Part shown: positions 18,548 through 31,900 of the stretch, in pieces
How positions within the stretch are numbered: position 1 is the first letter of the stretch
How the letters are laid out: each line of letters opens with the position of its first letter
Assembly: GCA_964270895.1 (NCBI GenBank)
Contig: OZ185438.1
Strand: one strand, 5' to 3'
From: Podarcis filfolensis
Lineage: Eukaryota
Length of the DNA stretch: 64,000 bases
Notes under the pieces: generated by a model
What the model was told of the DNA's origin: nothing
The model's input: the letters and a program-made list of their open reading frames with translations, nothing else
Databases searched by the model: none
Program-made: the position numbers and the translations under genes

Positions 18548-21500
18548 ATGGACGACATCTTCACCCAGTGCCGGGAGGGCAACGCCGTGGCCGTGCGCCT
18601 CTGGCTGGACAACACGGAGAACGACCTCAACCAGGGGTGAGTGGGGAGCGGGCGGGAGGGAGGGAGGGAGGGAGGGAGCAGCCCCAGACCCCCTGTCCGC
18701 GCCCCCAAGCCGCCTTCGTCCTGCATTTCGTCCCCTTGGCTGGAAAGGACAGGAAATGACCGCAGCTCAGAAACAGGCCGGCAGGAATTCTGATGCCGGA
18801 GCTGGCGGGGGGAGCCTGGATGGCAGAGCAGGTGGCGGGAGTCCAGAAGCACCAGCCCAGCCCTGAGGGGAGGAGGGCAGCTGCCCAGAGTCTCCCCTAA
18901 TTTCAGCCTTGCTGTGGAGGAGCCCTGGGGTGGGGTGAAGTGTGAGGGCTGGCTGCCCATCAAAGGAAGAAGCCCCTTGCCCAAGGAGCCAGCCTCCTTC
19001 CCTGGGGGCAGGGGGCTTGAAGCTGGGGGCTGTGCAGCGACCCCCAAATCCCTCTAGAGAGTCCAGGGTCAGGCAAATGGGGGGCTTCATTTTCCTCTGG
19101 TCCTGAACTTGTTCCTAGTCCTCTGAAGCAGCCACTGCCACCCCACCCACCCCCCACCCAGTCTGGTCCCCAAGGTTTGAAGGGATATGGGGGGGCAGGA
19201 AGGATGGGGGGGGTCTGTGATTCCGGCCAGGATCCCCTTCTGATCTGTTCTACGCTTCTTCCTTGGAGCTTTTTAAGTTGAGGTTGGGCGGCCATCTATC
19301 AAGGATGCTTTAGCTGAGATTCCTGCCTTGCAGGGGCCGGACTAGGCGACCCTTTGATTTCCGGGCCAGTGGTTGCTTTTCTCCCCTGGGATGCTCCCAT
19401 CTGCTTGGCCCCCTCGCTGCTGTCCCGGCTGGGGCCTGGGGCTGCCCCGTCTTCCTGGCTCAGATCTCCTTTTAAGGCCTGGTCTTCCTCTTCTCCTGTG
19501 CTTGGCTCAAGAAGAGTGAGCTCAGGGAGGGAGGAGGGATTCCTGCGCTCCCAGACTCTCCCAGGCTGCTCCTGCCTCTGGCGCTCCCAGCCCTGACCAG
19601 GGGCCCAGGGGCCCCTGGAGCTCTGCCCCCTGGCCAGGCTGGCCCCTCTCCTGCCCTGGGCACTGAGCAGGCCCCTCTCCCTCCCTGCAGCGATGACCAC
19701 GGCTTCAGTCCCCTGCACTGGGCCTGCCGCGAAGGCCGCTCCAGCGTGGTGGACATGCTGGTCATGCGAGGGGCGCGCATCAACGTCATGAACCGGGGGG
19801 ACGACACCCCGCTGCACCTGGCTGCCAGCCACGGCCACCGGGACATTGTCCAGAAGGTAGGGGGACCCCACAGGGAGGGGGCTGCCCAAGGCTCCCGGTC
19901 GATCCCCACCCCCTACTTCCCCACATCCTCCTCTGGGTCTTAGGGCGCCCCCTGCAGGGAGAGGGAAGAGGGTGGCCATCTGGCGCATCTCCCTCCCGGG
20001 GGGGGGGGGTGAATTTCACTTTGTGGGGGTCTTTTGGAGTGGGATTTCCTTCCCCAGCCCACCCTCTGTCTTCTTGCCCTGCTCAGCTGATCCAGTTCAA
20101 GGCCGACATCAACGCGGTGAACGAGCACGGGAACGCCCCCCTCCACTACGCCTGCTTTTGGGCCCAGGAGCTGGTGGCTGAGGTGAGGGCTGCTTTGGCA
20201 GAGGCTCCTGGGGCTGCCGGACTCTTCCTGCCGCGGTGGCAACATTCACGCTCTGTTCACGCAAATTCATTTACCCCAATTCACACAATTTAAAACTAAA
20301 CGAAAGCCCCTTAATAGGAGGGCAGGAGTGACCTGGGGGAGTGGGGCTGGTGGAAGACCTGGTGCCCCGTGGGGAGGGGGGCTGGGCATGAAGGGCTGCT
20401 GTGGAAGACGGTCTCACCCTCCCTGTCCTTCAGGACCTGGTGGCCAGCGGGGCTCTCGTCAGCATCTGCAACAAATATGGGGAGACACCCCTGGACAAGG
20501 CCAAGGCGCCCCTGCGGGACTCCCTGAAAGGTGAGCGCGGCTCCTGCCCACCCTGCCTCCTTAAGCCCCTCCCTGCTCAGCGGCTGCCTTCAGCTACTTC
20601 CCCCCTTTGTTTTGGGTACATTTGTTAATTTGTTTAGAGCATTTGTACACACTTGTTCAGCCAAGATTATCTCCCCGAGTGCATTATGTGCAATCCATGA
20701 CCTGGCTTCTTCTCCAGCCTGCCTGATCTCTGCCTCTTGGCCGCCCTCCTTCTGCCTCTAATTCTGGATCCCAGCTGACTAAACCCTGTTACCTCTTCCC
20801 ACACCTCCTCCTCCTGCCTCTGACCACTCCCCACGGTCTCACCCCCAACCCCCGGAGGGCTCTGAGCCTTCTTCCCTTGGGGTTCCCCTGCTGGTTCCTG
20901 CCCCCCTTCCTCTGCATCCCCTCCTGCTTCCTGGCCCTGCCTGTTCAGTGAGTCTCCAGGCGCTGGGGGGGCCTTTCCACCCCCTTTTCACCTGCGCAAC
21001 ATCCCTGTTTTCTCTCCCCACCCCTTCCAGAGCGAGCAGAGAAGTTGGGCCAGAGCCTCACGCGCATCCCCTTCAAGGACACCTTCTGGAAGGGCACAAC
21101 ACGGACGAGACCTCGTAAGAGCCCTGCAGGAAGGGGGAGACCTGGGAGCCGGGGGGGGCAGAGGGGAGAAGGAGACTCTCCTTGCCCAGTGGGCTGGGCG
21201 GTGGGGGGTTCCTTCTGCAGGCTGTGCCTGGCTGATGGTCTCCTCTTTTAGGCAACGGGACTTTGAACAAGCTGGCTGGCATCGACTTCCGGCAGCTGAC
21301 CCTGGGACACAAGCTCAACGAGAACCAGTCTGGAGAGGTGAGGGCCGCTCCTTTCCCCTTCTCCCCCCCCCCATCTCCTTCGCCCACTCCCCTCTGACCT
21401 TCCGCCTTCTCCACAGCTCTGGGAAGGGCGCTGGCAGGGAAACGGCATCGTCATCAAAGTGCTCAAGCCCCGAGACTGGACGACCCGCAAGAGCCGCGAC

Positions 21501-23388
21501 TTCAATGAGGAGTACCCCAAGCTCAGGTGGGTGGGTGGGGGGTCCTGTGGGGCAGTCCCTGCCTGCCCGCGTGAGCGCAGGCGGTGGGTGGCTGGGCTGC
21601 TTCCTCCACTCACCTCCTTTCCCCTCGCAGGATCTTCTCCCACCCCAACGTGCTGCCGGTCCTGGGCGCCTGCCAGTCTCCTCCTGCTCCGCACCCCATC
21701 ACCCTCACCCACTGGATGCCCTACGGCTCCCTCTACAACGTGCTCCACGAAGGCACCAGTGAGTCTCGCGTCCCATACCTCGCCCTGCTTCCAAGGGGGC
21801 ACCCAGGGGCCTTGCTGGGGATGTGGGAAGGGATCCAGGGATCTAGCCCACCCCCGGGCAACACAGGAATCGTTTGCTCTCTCTGTAACTCTCGGGAGGG
21901 AACAGAGCGCTTTCTGGCTGCCTTTACGTCTTTCCAGGCCTAAAGTGCATTGATGGCCAGAGCCAGAAAGGGTTGGGGGGCCTGAGTGGCCCCTGTCCAA
22001 GAGCCTCGTGCCACTCTTGTGCTGTGGCCCCTGGCTTGGGCAGCCTGAATCACAGGCAGGCCTTGGAAGCCCTTCCCACCCTTCCAGACTGCGCTCAGGA
22101 GCAAGTGCTGACCCCAGCAGAGGCAGCCCCCCCATATTTGCCCCCCCTGCTCTCTCTCCCCCTACAGACTTTGTGGTGGACCAGACGCAGGCCGTGAAGT
22201 TCGCTCTGGACGTGGCTCGGGGAATGGCCTTCCTGCACACCCTGGAGCCCCTCATCCCGCGCCACTATCTCAACAGCCGCAGCATCATGGTGCGTGGGGG
22301 GCCCTTTCTGGGGTTCAATGGGCTGGTGGGGTCTCTAGGAGGCTGAGCTCCCCGTTGTGTCCTCCCTCCCACCACAGATCGATGAGGACATGACAGCCCG
22401 GATCAGCATGGCAGACGTCAAGTTCTCCTTCCAGTGCCCTGGCAGGATGTATGCGCCAGCCTGGGTGGCTCCGGAAGGTGAGTGGCACCCTGCCCTCCGC
22501 TGAGATCCAAAGTCGAGTCTGCTGGATCAGGCCAAGGGGGGTGCGCCACCTGGCCGACCAGATGCCCCCAAGGGGAGCCCACAAGCAGGATCCAAGCGCC
22601 AGAGTCAGTCTCCCCTCCTGCGACTGTGGAGGGCAGAGCAGTCACTGCACTGAGAACTGTTGCACAGATCTCCCCCCCCCCAACTTGTCATCTTTCTTTT
22701 CTGGCTCTTATTCTTAGTTTCATTATATTTCTTTATTGCTTATTGCAGAAGAATACCTCAGACTGAAAAGGACTCCCGGGGGGGGGGGTGTCTGTTCCTG
22801 CGAGTGCCTCTGACCACTTTACCACACTGCCGTCCTCTGGCCAGCAGCAGTCGGGGCTGACCCCCCAAGCCCCCCTGGGCTTGCTTGGGGGGCTGAGTGC
22901 AGGCAGAACAGCTGCCCTGCTGGGGAGGGGTCCCCCTTCCGCTCCCCCTTCCAGCCACTGCGTTTCTGCAGCCCCTCTTTGCTCCCGCAGCTCTGCAGAA
23001 GAAGGCAGAGGAGATCAACCGTCGCTCGGCCGACATGTGGAGCTTTGCCGTGCTGCTGTGGGAGCTGGTGACGCGGGAAGTGCCCTTTGCTGACCTCTCC
23101 AACATGGAGATTGGCATGAAGGTGAGGAAGGGGCAGGAGGGCAGGACCCCCACCCCCCACCTTGGCCGGGTTGGACTAGGCGACCCTGGGGGCCCCATCT
23201 GAGGTTCTTCTTCTTCTTCCTCCTCCTCCTCCTCCCAGGTCGCCCTGGAGGGTCTGCGGCCCACCATCCCCCCAGGCATCTCCCCCCACATCTGCAAGCT
23301 GATGAAGATCTGCATGAACGAGGACCCAGCCAAGCGCCCCAAATTTGACATGATCGTCCCCATCCTTGAGAAGATGCAGGAGAAGTGA
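18548..23388 (+). CDS. ILK: Integrin-linked kinase, 452 aa. Exons 18548-18636, 19691-19856, 20087-20182, 20434-20530, 21031-21114, 21252-21337, 21417-21526, 21631-21758, 22168-22289, 22378-22477, 22991-23121, 23239-23388
   Basis: [21 protein letters not shown] start, ankyrin repeats, pseudokinase domain ending [18 protein letters not shown]. The 1359-nt CDS equals the canonical ILK length. Confidence 0.98.
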
Positions 23389-23743
23389 GGGGAGGGGGAC
23401 GTGCTCTGCAGCCCCCCCCAGCCTGCCCACAAGTGCCTTGGGGAGGCGCTGCTGACAGGAAGCGCCACTTCCTTGCTCTTGAAACAAAACGGTACAGAAG
23501 GAGCCCCCGCCTTGCCCCCTCCCCTTTCGGGGCAGCTCTATTGGGGGGGGGGTCCCTGCTGTAAGCTGCCCTGGCCTTTTAAGCTCCCCCAGCAATGCTG
23601 CGCTGCCTTCCACAGTGCCTAGCACCCCGTCCCCTCAGCGCGCATCAGCAAGGTCGCCTCGCACTCGGAGCCCACCGCCTGCCTCTGCGCTGCACGGTTT
23701 TTATCTTTTCTATGCAGGCCCCGGCCCAAGCCAGAGGGCTCAA

Positions 23744-23760
23744 AATAAAGAGTTATTAAA
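23744..23760 (+). terminator. ILK polyadenylation signals (AATAAA 23744-23749, ATTAAA 23755-23760)
   Basis: Tandem hexamers about 355 bp after the stop. Confidence 0.7.
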
Positions 23761-26012
23761 GGAGACCGTGGTCACTGCAGCCTTTGTGGGTGAGGGGGAC
23801 ACAGCCGGCTGCCCCAGCTTCCCTGGTGAAGAGGACGGTTGCCGCAGCCCCTCCTGCCATTGCCGCCCTCTCACCCGGGAGCCTGGTCCATTTCCAACAT
23901 ACGACAATCCACTGTGGGGAGGTGGCTGTATTTGGGCTCAACTCCAATCAGGTGCCACACTCTGGCTGGTCTTCTGTTGCCCCTGACTGAAACCGGCCTT
24001 TTCCTTTTCAGTCTCCCAATGCCATGGCAAATATGGGCCACAACCCTCTTTCAGGCGCAGCTCAGAAAGGAAAGTGCAGAGCTGGGAAAAGGACAGGCAG
24101 TGGCAGCCAAAAGGCTCAGTGGGCAGCAGCCTTTCTCCCAGTCTCATGCCCAACACATGTGGGTGCTTTGAGCAGGATCAGGCCACTGCTGCTAGCAGCT
24201 CTGCAGCTGCTCCAGCACCAGAGGCAACGTGCCTCTGGGCTCCCCAGCTGTGGTGGGTGAGATAGGCCTCTCGCCGGAGCCAGTAGCACGCTTGTGGTTT
24301 TCCTTGCAGAGTCAGTTTCCCTGCTCCACAAGTAATCGCCTCCACACATCTTCTCGGTGGAGAGAAGGGAGGGAAAAACCAAACGACCCATTGGAATGGG
24401 AGAAAGAAAGCGGAACAGATGCAATGGGTGCGGCCAGGGAGTGTTCTCATTGGCATAAACTGAGGCCACCCTCCACGAGCTTCAACGCCCATCACCATGT
24501 GGCAGCGCTTGGGTTACTGCGTGGTTGGAGGCTGTGGTCACAGGACAGGGGAGGCTCTGAGGCAGCTGCTGAGTCACGCAGAGCCACTTGGCTGCACGCG
24601 GGGCGGGGGCTGTTTCGCACAGCTCCATGCCCTCCTGAAGTGTTTTTGCCTAGAGGAAAAAACTGTCAACTGTGACCGTGCTTGACTGGACAGAGAGGGA
24701 CTTTGTGTGTGAGCCGAAACCTCTGAGTTTTGGAGGGCCTGGACTGTCGCCTACCATAGAAAGGTAGGAGTCACACCTGCTGCCCAACCTACCACTGCCA
24801 TCCCCCTGCCCCAAAGGCCCCCTTCTCCAATAGAATGGTTCAAAACCTGTGGGGCACTGGAAGATCACTACAGCAGATCCAGATGGGGCGGGGGAGGTTG
24901 ACCTTCAAGAGGCTGCTCCCTCTGGTTTCCCCAGCCCAGCATAAGTAACCAAAGATAAAAACTGCTGCAGCTGGAGCAACTGAGCCCCTGACCCTGGAGC
25001 AGTCAAGCTTTCCACCCACCTCCTCCCTGCAACTCCTAGCTGTTTTGCTCCTGGATCAGGGCCAAGCGGGTCCACCAAGTCCAGCAACCTGTTCTCTTGG
25101 TGGCCAGCCAGATTTCCCCCCAGGGAACAAGCAAGCAGCACCCAGGCACCAGAGCCCATCTCCCCTGGTGTGGCTTCCTGCAAGTGGCCTTCAGAAGCCT
25201 CGCCGACCTTGGCTTCCCCACACATCACAGGCAAAGCTGGACGAGCTTCGCTGCCCGGGAACATCGCTGCCCTAGTGCCAACAAGACGGGGGAGGGAGGC
25301 CCTGCCCAGGCCATTCCCATTCCCTGGAGCATGTGCAGAGGGCAACTAAGATGAACTGTTAGGTATGCTGAGCCTGGAAAAGTGAAGACTCTCAGGAATC
25401 ACAGACTCTTACGAGCTGGAAGGGATCCCAAGGGCCATCTCAAAGAGAACAACAACTACCAGACTTTTAGAAGACATCTGAAAGCAGCCCTGTTTAGGGA
25501 AGTTTTTAATGTTTGATGTATTTTAGTATTTTGCTGGAAGCCACCCAGAGTGGCTGGGGAAGCCCAGCCAGATGGGCGGGGTATAAATAATAATGTCAGA
25601 AAGGTTTTTCGAATGTTTATTTGGAATCTCCTTTCTTGAGACTCTTGCACTGCAGCTGGGTTGGACTAGATGACCCTTGGGGTCCCTTCCAACTCTAAGA
25701 TTCTATTAAATATCACTGTCTTTGCCTTTACCTTCCACATGGACCACAGGAAATGCTGGATGAACTTCCTTGGGTGTCCCAGGAATGTCATGCCCAGGCC
25801 AGCCAAAGACATCTTCCTTATGCCCCACCCCAGGTGTTCTGGGACATCTTTGCTTCAAAGACCCCCCATCTTTTATCAGAGCTGCTCCCCTCCTCCTCCG
25901 ATGCAGAAGGAGCGACAGGCAGGGATGGAGCTCCAGAAAGGGAGAACTTTAATGGTACAGCAGCCAAGAGGAAAGAGAAGCAGTCCAAGAGCGAATCCAG
26001 GGGGCTGGGCAG

Positions 26013-26849
26013 CTAAGTGAAGTAGTGGGGCTTCTTGACGTTGATGCCGTACTCGGAGAGCGCGGGCGCAAGGTCCTCCATGGTGAGGGTGTATTTCTTG
26101 TCCTGCAGCGGGGGAGGGGAGAGGGAGGGGCGTCAGCTGGCATCCCGCCTGGGCACCTCAAGGGAGAGTTGCAGAAGGGGCCCCCTGTGAGGGGGGCATT
26201 TGGGGGACCTCACCTTGCTCTTGTTTCGGGAGCTGCCAGAGGCCGTCCCCTTCATCTTGCAGTGCTGCAGAGCGTCGTTGGCAATGTCGGAGATGAACTT
26301 CTGGGCGGCCAAGGAGATCAGGCGGATGCTGGAAGGGGAGATCAGAGGAGGGATGAGGGGAGGTGTGGCTGAGCCCCAGGATGGGTCCCTAAGAGCCACA
26401 CGGGCCCCCTAGAGGAAGGGGCAGTCTATCTGCCCTGGGGACGTGGTCTCTCCCCCCACGGCTCCACTTACATGCGCGGATCGGAAGCTTCGAAGCCTGC
26501 GCGGTTCAGGTAGTAGCCCGTGACGGCATCTGGGATCTGGAAGGAAAGCACAAGGAGGAGGGTTCAAGAGGGAGATGATGCCAGCAGGGGCCGGCGAGGC
26601 TGCCGGGGGCCGGGCGGGGAAGGGGGCTTCACCGTGGGCGTGTAATCCTCCAGCTGCAGCAGGAAGTCGACCAGCGGGGCGCTGGAGGCGGGAGAGGAGG
26701 CCGGGGCGGCGGAGGCCGAGGAGGAGGAGGCGGCGGCGGCGAGGGCGGCAGGCTTCGAGTCCCCGTTGGCGGCCGCTCCGGGCGGAGCGAAGATCCCGTT
26801 GGGCACCGAGGGCGCCACCTCCGCAGGATGCGCCAGCAGTGAGGACGAG

Positions 26850-26884
<35 letters not shown>

Positions 26885-27219
26885 AGAAGAGGAGGAGGAG
26901 GCACCTGCGGGGAGAGAGGGGGATTTAGAGAGGGACCCTGGGCGAAGGGAGGGAGGCGCCCCTCCCCCCACTGTCCCCCTTCCCCCCCCTGCTCCTCCCC
27001 TCCCCCTCCCTTGCCCCTCCCCCGCCTCCCCTCTCCCCCATCTCTCTCACCGGCCCCTCCGGCTCCGGCCACGGCCGCCACGAGCCCCGGGCTGCCCTTG
27101 GCGCTGTCTCCCCCGGCGGCGGGGAGGGGGACGGGGACGGCCGGGCTGAGGTCGGGCTCCAAGCCGCCTCCTCCTCCGCCGCCGCCGCCGCCGACTCCGC
27201 TTCCCCCGATGGCGCTCAT
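26013..27219 (-). CDS. TAF10: TFIID subunit 10, 236 aa. Exons 27219-27051, 26904-26633, 26536-26472, 26328-26214, 26102-26013
   Basis: [15 protein letters not shown]|[49 protein letters not shown]...KKPHYFT histone-fold region. Confidence 0.97.
26841..26900 (-). repeat. Coding trinucleotide tract encoding 20 consecutive serines in TAF10 exon 2
   Basis: 60 nt of GAG/GAA/GAC on + strand, i.e. 20 TCN codons on - strand. Confidence 0.9.
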
Positions 27220-27825
27220 GGAGTCCCGGGCAAGCAGCGTCGCTCCGAGAAGCTTCTGCGCAGGCGCCGCGAGCCCAGCCGAGAGGGAGGGGAGGAAGGT
27301 CCCGGAAGTTGAGGGGCGGGGCCTGAGCAGCGGCCGCCGCTTCCTTTTCCGGGCCGATCTTTCTACGGCCTCCGCGCCGACGCCACTTCCGCTCTCCTCT
27401 GCGGGGCGGGGCCTCCGCGGCAGTCCGGGCGGCCGAGTTGGGCTGCGGAACTCCCGGCCACAAGAGAGGCGGCAGCAGCGGCGGCGGCGCCCGGCAGCCG
27501 TCCCGGGCGGAGTGGGCCAATCCCCGCAGGAAGAGGAGCGGGCTCTCGGTCGGGGCCGCTGGCCGGGATGGGCATCGGGGGGGGGGGGCGGACGGGGCCC
27601 TTTGGGCTGAGCCGGGGGCGCGCCTGCGCTGCTGCTGCTTCTCACGGGGCGGGCCTCGAGCAACATGGGGAAGGGGGGAAGGGGTCCCGACCCGCCTGGC
27701 AGCATCTGCGGGTGGGCCTGGGCGAGACCCCGGAGCCAGTCAGGGAAGGCGCGGCTGAGTTTGAGAGACGCATCCAAGCGAAGCCAGAAATCCATACACC
27801 ACAGGACAGCCCAGGCTCCAAAGTC

Positions 27826-27831
27826 TTTATT
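27826..27831 (-). terminator. Probable TPP1 polyadenylation signal AATAAA
   Basis: tttatt about 1.1 kb past the TPP1 stop; the only such hexamer I saw before the TAF10 CpG island. Confidence 0.6.
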
Positions 27832-28950
27832 TATTGCTCTGCTTTTGCATTCACACCCATGAACCCGAGACACCACCAATCTGTTGTTTTTAAAAGAAAT
27901 CACAAGCATAAGTAATTGTATTTAGAATTATCAAAGCTGAATATATAAATCCATTATTGGAGGAAGAATATCCGTATTTCCACATTAAATGCTCTAGTGC
28001 AAATTAGGGGGTAGGAATGGGGGAAGAAGTGCTGCCTCCATTGACCTTGGAGCAGGAGGGAAAGAATGGGGGGGGGGCTGCCTGGCAAAGATTTCCCAGG
28101 CAATGGAGGCATTGAACTGGGCTCCCTCCACCCAAAAATCCCCCAACCTGCAAATGGTGCCCAAGTAGTGCTGGCAAAGTGGTTCCTGCCGGTGGGACAG
28201 GATCGGGGCCAGGACCCAAGCAAGGCCTTCTGCTTAGGGAGCAGTTGTGGCATAGAGGAGAGGGACTCAGCTGGCATTGCATCTTGTGGGCCCCCCATGA
28301 GTGGGTCCGGGAGACACGGCGCCAACAGAGGGAGGACAAGCCCCATCCTCACTCCAATGAGGTAGTTTCCGGTTGGAGCTTGTGAAGAACTGATCAAGAG
28401 CATTTGGCTATGGAGTTAAGTTTCCTAGAGGCAGGACTTCATCCTGAGAGTATGGGGAGGGGGGTACATCACCCCTTTAAGTGCAGAAAGGCACACCCTG
28501 TGACCCCTCCCCCTACCTGATTTGCCAGTAATGGGACTGCTCTCGTGATGCTGTAGATGCACAGTTCTCACATTTGCTAAGAGAAACACCACAACCCTTT
28601 CTACGTCAAGGTATTTCACACGCAAAACACAATTTAGACTGTTAGCTTTTAGTTGCACCTTCTCCTCCCGACGTACCACTATAGATTTACAGAGATGAAT
28701 GTTTGCATATTTCTGCTTCCACTGTCTTTTCTGTTAGGCTAACGCACACTTTTTGGTCCTGCAATGGAGACGGGGGGAGGCCCTCTGAAATGCCCCCTGC
28801 CTCCATCTTGCAGCCTGAGATTCCCAACCCACACACTCCTTCCCCTGAGCAGATGTGGCTTTGGCTGCTGGACACCAAGCAAGCCCTCTCAACTCCCCCG
28901 GCTGCTGGGTGGCCAAGTGCCATGGATGTCTGCAAGTGTGATGTGGCCGC

Positions 28951-31900
28951 CTAGCCCAGCAGGGCAGACAGGAGCTCTGGGTAGTTTGGCGTCCCCCAGC
29001 CGGTGACGGGATCCCAGGAAGGAGCTGCGCAGAATCCTTGGCCCTGCACAGTTTCATCTAGACACGAGTAGTGGCAGCCCGTGGTCACCTGGGAGGGGGA
29101 GAGCGGAAGAGCGTGTCGTCAGGCAGAGCAGCCCCAGAAAAAGACCCCCCGCCTTTGCCCCATGCGGCAAGCAAAATGCTGTTGTGTTGCGTGCACACAC
29201 CCCACACACCGCTGGCAAAGCCAAGGACCAAGCTGCTTCAGCAGGATGCGGCCCCAGCCCCTTCCCACACTCACGTCATAGAGGGCAGTGCTGTTCCCCT
29301 TCTCCTGGAGCCGGTAGAGGGCAGGGTTGAGGAAGCCCAGGGGGGGCTGCCCTCGCTGGAGGCGCCGGTCGTTGATCAGAGCTATGATGCCCCCCACCAC
29401 AGGAGTCGAGGCCTGTCGGGGGAGAAGAGGCAGAGTGAGGCCCAGCACCTGCAGACGGCCCTGCCCAGGAGCGGGCACCAGGCGGGCAATGCTCAAGGGC
29501 CTGCAGGCAGCAGCCTCACCGAGGTGCCAGAGACCCAGGGCATGGGGATGCGGTTGGACACCACCCAGTAGTTGTCGGAGAGCGCGGCCAGGTCTGGGTA
29601 GGCTCTGCCCGTCTTGTTGTAGTAGCTGGAAGGTGGCAGCTTGGAGGTCGTGCTCAGGAACCGCTTCACAGCTGTTGTCTGTTGAGGGAGAGACGAGAAA
29701 AGGTGATCCTGGTGAGGGATCCCAAGTCCCACCTGCCTGGGAGGATCTTTCATTTCTGGACTCTCGGGGCGGGGGGGGGCTGGCAGCCCTTCAGGGTGAG
29801 CTCCTGCGCTTCAAAATTCACCTCTTCACCACAGTAAAAGCCATTTATGCAAATGTTCACAATTTTAAAGAAGGCTTGTGGCAAGGAGTTCCATAGTGGA
29901 TCATGGAAAACCCCAAAGGGCCCAGGAGCAGCAGGCTGAAATCTGCTATGATGGGTCAACAGATACAAGACAGTGCCGGAGCCAGCAGGGAGCCACGATG
30001 GCACCTTGCGAGTGGCATGGGACTCACCTGGTACTTTGGCATCGGGAAGACATTGCTGAAGCCTCCCCCGCTGATGGAGTCCGTGACCTCAGCACTGACC
30101 AGGAAGGGGTGCTGGAACGACGTCCCCCCCACTGTGGTCACGTATGGGCTGTGGGCACAGCAAGGCAAGGCGTCACAAAGGCACTGGCAGACCAGGGGGT
30201 CCCAGTCCCCCAGGATGACTGGCAAGACACAGGCAGCCCTCCAGCAGCTCCCAGCGTGGCTGAGGGTGGCAGAACGCAGCCCCCCTGCCCAAGAGGATTC
30301 TGCTTCCGTCCAAGGGCAGGTGGCAGAAGGAGGGCTTCCCTGCCAAGCCGCAGGCCTAGCCCAGTAAGGCTGCAGATTTGAGATCTAGTATCTGCTACAG
30401 AATCCCTGCATTTTGGGAAATACGCAAGGGGCTCACTGCCCTGGTTTCAGAGAAGGCAAGAGCAGGTCTGCATAAAGCTCGGGGGGATGCGGAAGGGCCA
30501 GGCCCCTGTGAGTGGATCTGGGTCAAGGACCCCTTCGCCAGCCCCACCTCGACATGGGAAGGGCAGGGGATTCTGCAAGCCCCTCGCGGCGCCTTCCTCT
30601 CCTCTCACCTGGAGGCTGGGAAGCTGGGCCGGAAGGTGTGCTTCCCTCCGTGGGCTGACCGACAACCTGCTCCAGAGTCACCTGCAGGGAAAGGGCAGCC
30701 AAAGACCTGGCCAGTTGGTGTTGGCACTTGCAAGCCCCTTTCACTCCCTCCCCAAACATGCTGACCTCCCCCCGGCCCTGCCCCTTTCAGGCACACCACG
30801 GAAACTGCTTTAGCAGCCTGGGCTTCTAATCGACAGCAACCTGAATTTTATTGCCTTTGTGAAATGTTGCTGCTACACTATTTTATTGCCATTACTGTTT
30901 TATTCTATACCATTGATTCTATGTTTGATGTTTTTAATTATATGTTTGGAAAACTGCCTTGCAATTGTTTTTGAAATTAACCAGTGAGGTACAAATACTT
31001 CAGATTAATACATTTTATAGTAAATGTACCAAAGCAGCCTACAACACAACATTAAGGGATGTTTAAGCAATACTATGTATTAAAATAAGAAACTCTGAAA
31101 GCTCTTTAACACACGATATAAATCACAGCTAGCCAGGGCTAAATTCCTGGGTCCTGCTTTACTGCGCTTGGTTGGCAGGCCTGTTGAGTCACACGCCGCA
31201 CTGCTTTTGCAGGATACAGATCCTTCTGTAACTCTGCAGGTGGCGAGATTTCTGAATGCGGTTATCTCACACTCAAAAACCACCAAAAAACAACAACAAC
31301 ATCAAAACTAATTGGACTGTTATGTTGAGAGTGCACGTCGGAGTTCGTCTTTAGTTTTCCTTTTCTGTGATCCATCCCTTGGAGCTCTCCTGGCCCCAAG
31401 CCGTCACTTGGCTCTGCTCAATGACCCACCCTTGCATCGTGGTGTTCACCTTCTGTTGTCGGATATATCTGTTTTTATGTCCCTGTGTTTTTATGTTTGT
31501 ACATATTTTATGGGCTAATAGCCGTAAATAAATAAATAAAATAAAAATAAATCACAGCCTAACACCACAAGCTTGCCAAGGAGGACAATAAAATGTCCCA
31601 AGTCAACATAAATCTTGCCCCTGCCTTCCTCCCACAATACAAGGCAGGCAGACACACCACTGAGAAGATCTTCTGACAGGAGGAGATGTTCACCCAGCCA
31701 ACAAAGAGATAGCCAGATGCATCTCCCTTCTTGGAGCAAATTTCAAAGGCAGGTGCCACAACCAAGAAGGCCCTGCCCCTCACAGGCTTCCCTTGACTGG
31801 GCACAGTGGCAGAGCAGGAGGAACATGGAGGCCAAAGTGCCATCAGAGACAGTTTTGTGTTTCGAGGGAGGGGAACCAAAGCTGCCTGCCTCCACCTACC

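Noticed and set aside
17019-19047. Several 200-520 aa ORFs over the RRP8/ILK CpG island
   Set aside because: Low-complexity translations caused by stop-codon scarcity in GC-rich DNA; no domain signal.
23760-25700. Possible gene between ILK and TAF10
   Set aside because: No coherent exon chain or recognisable protein; only repeat fragments and probable UTR.
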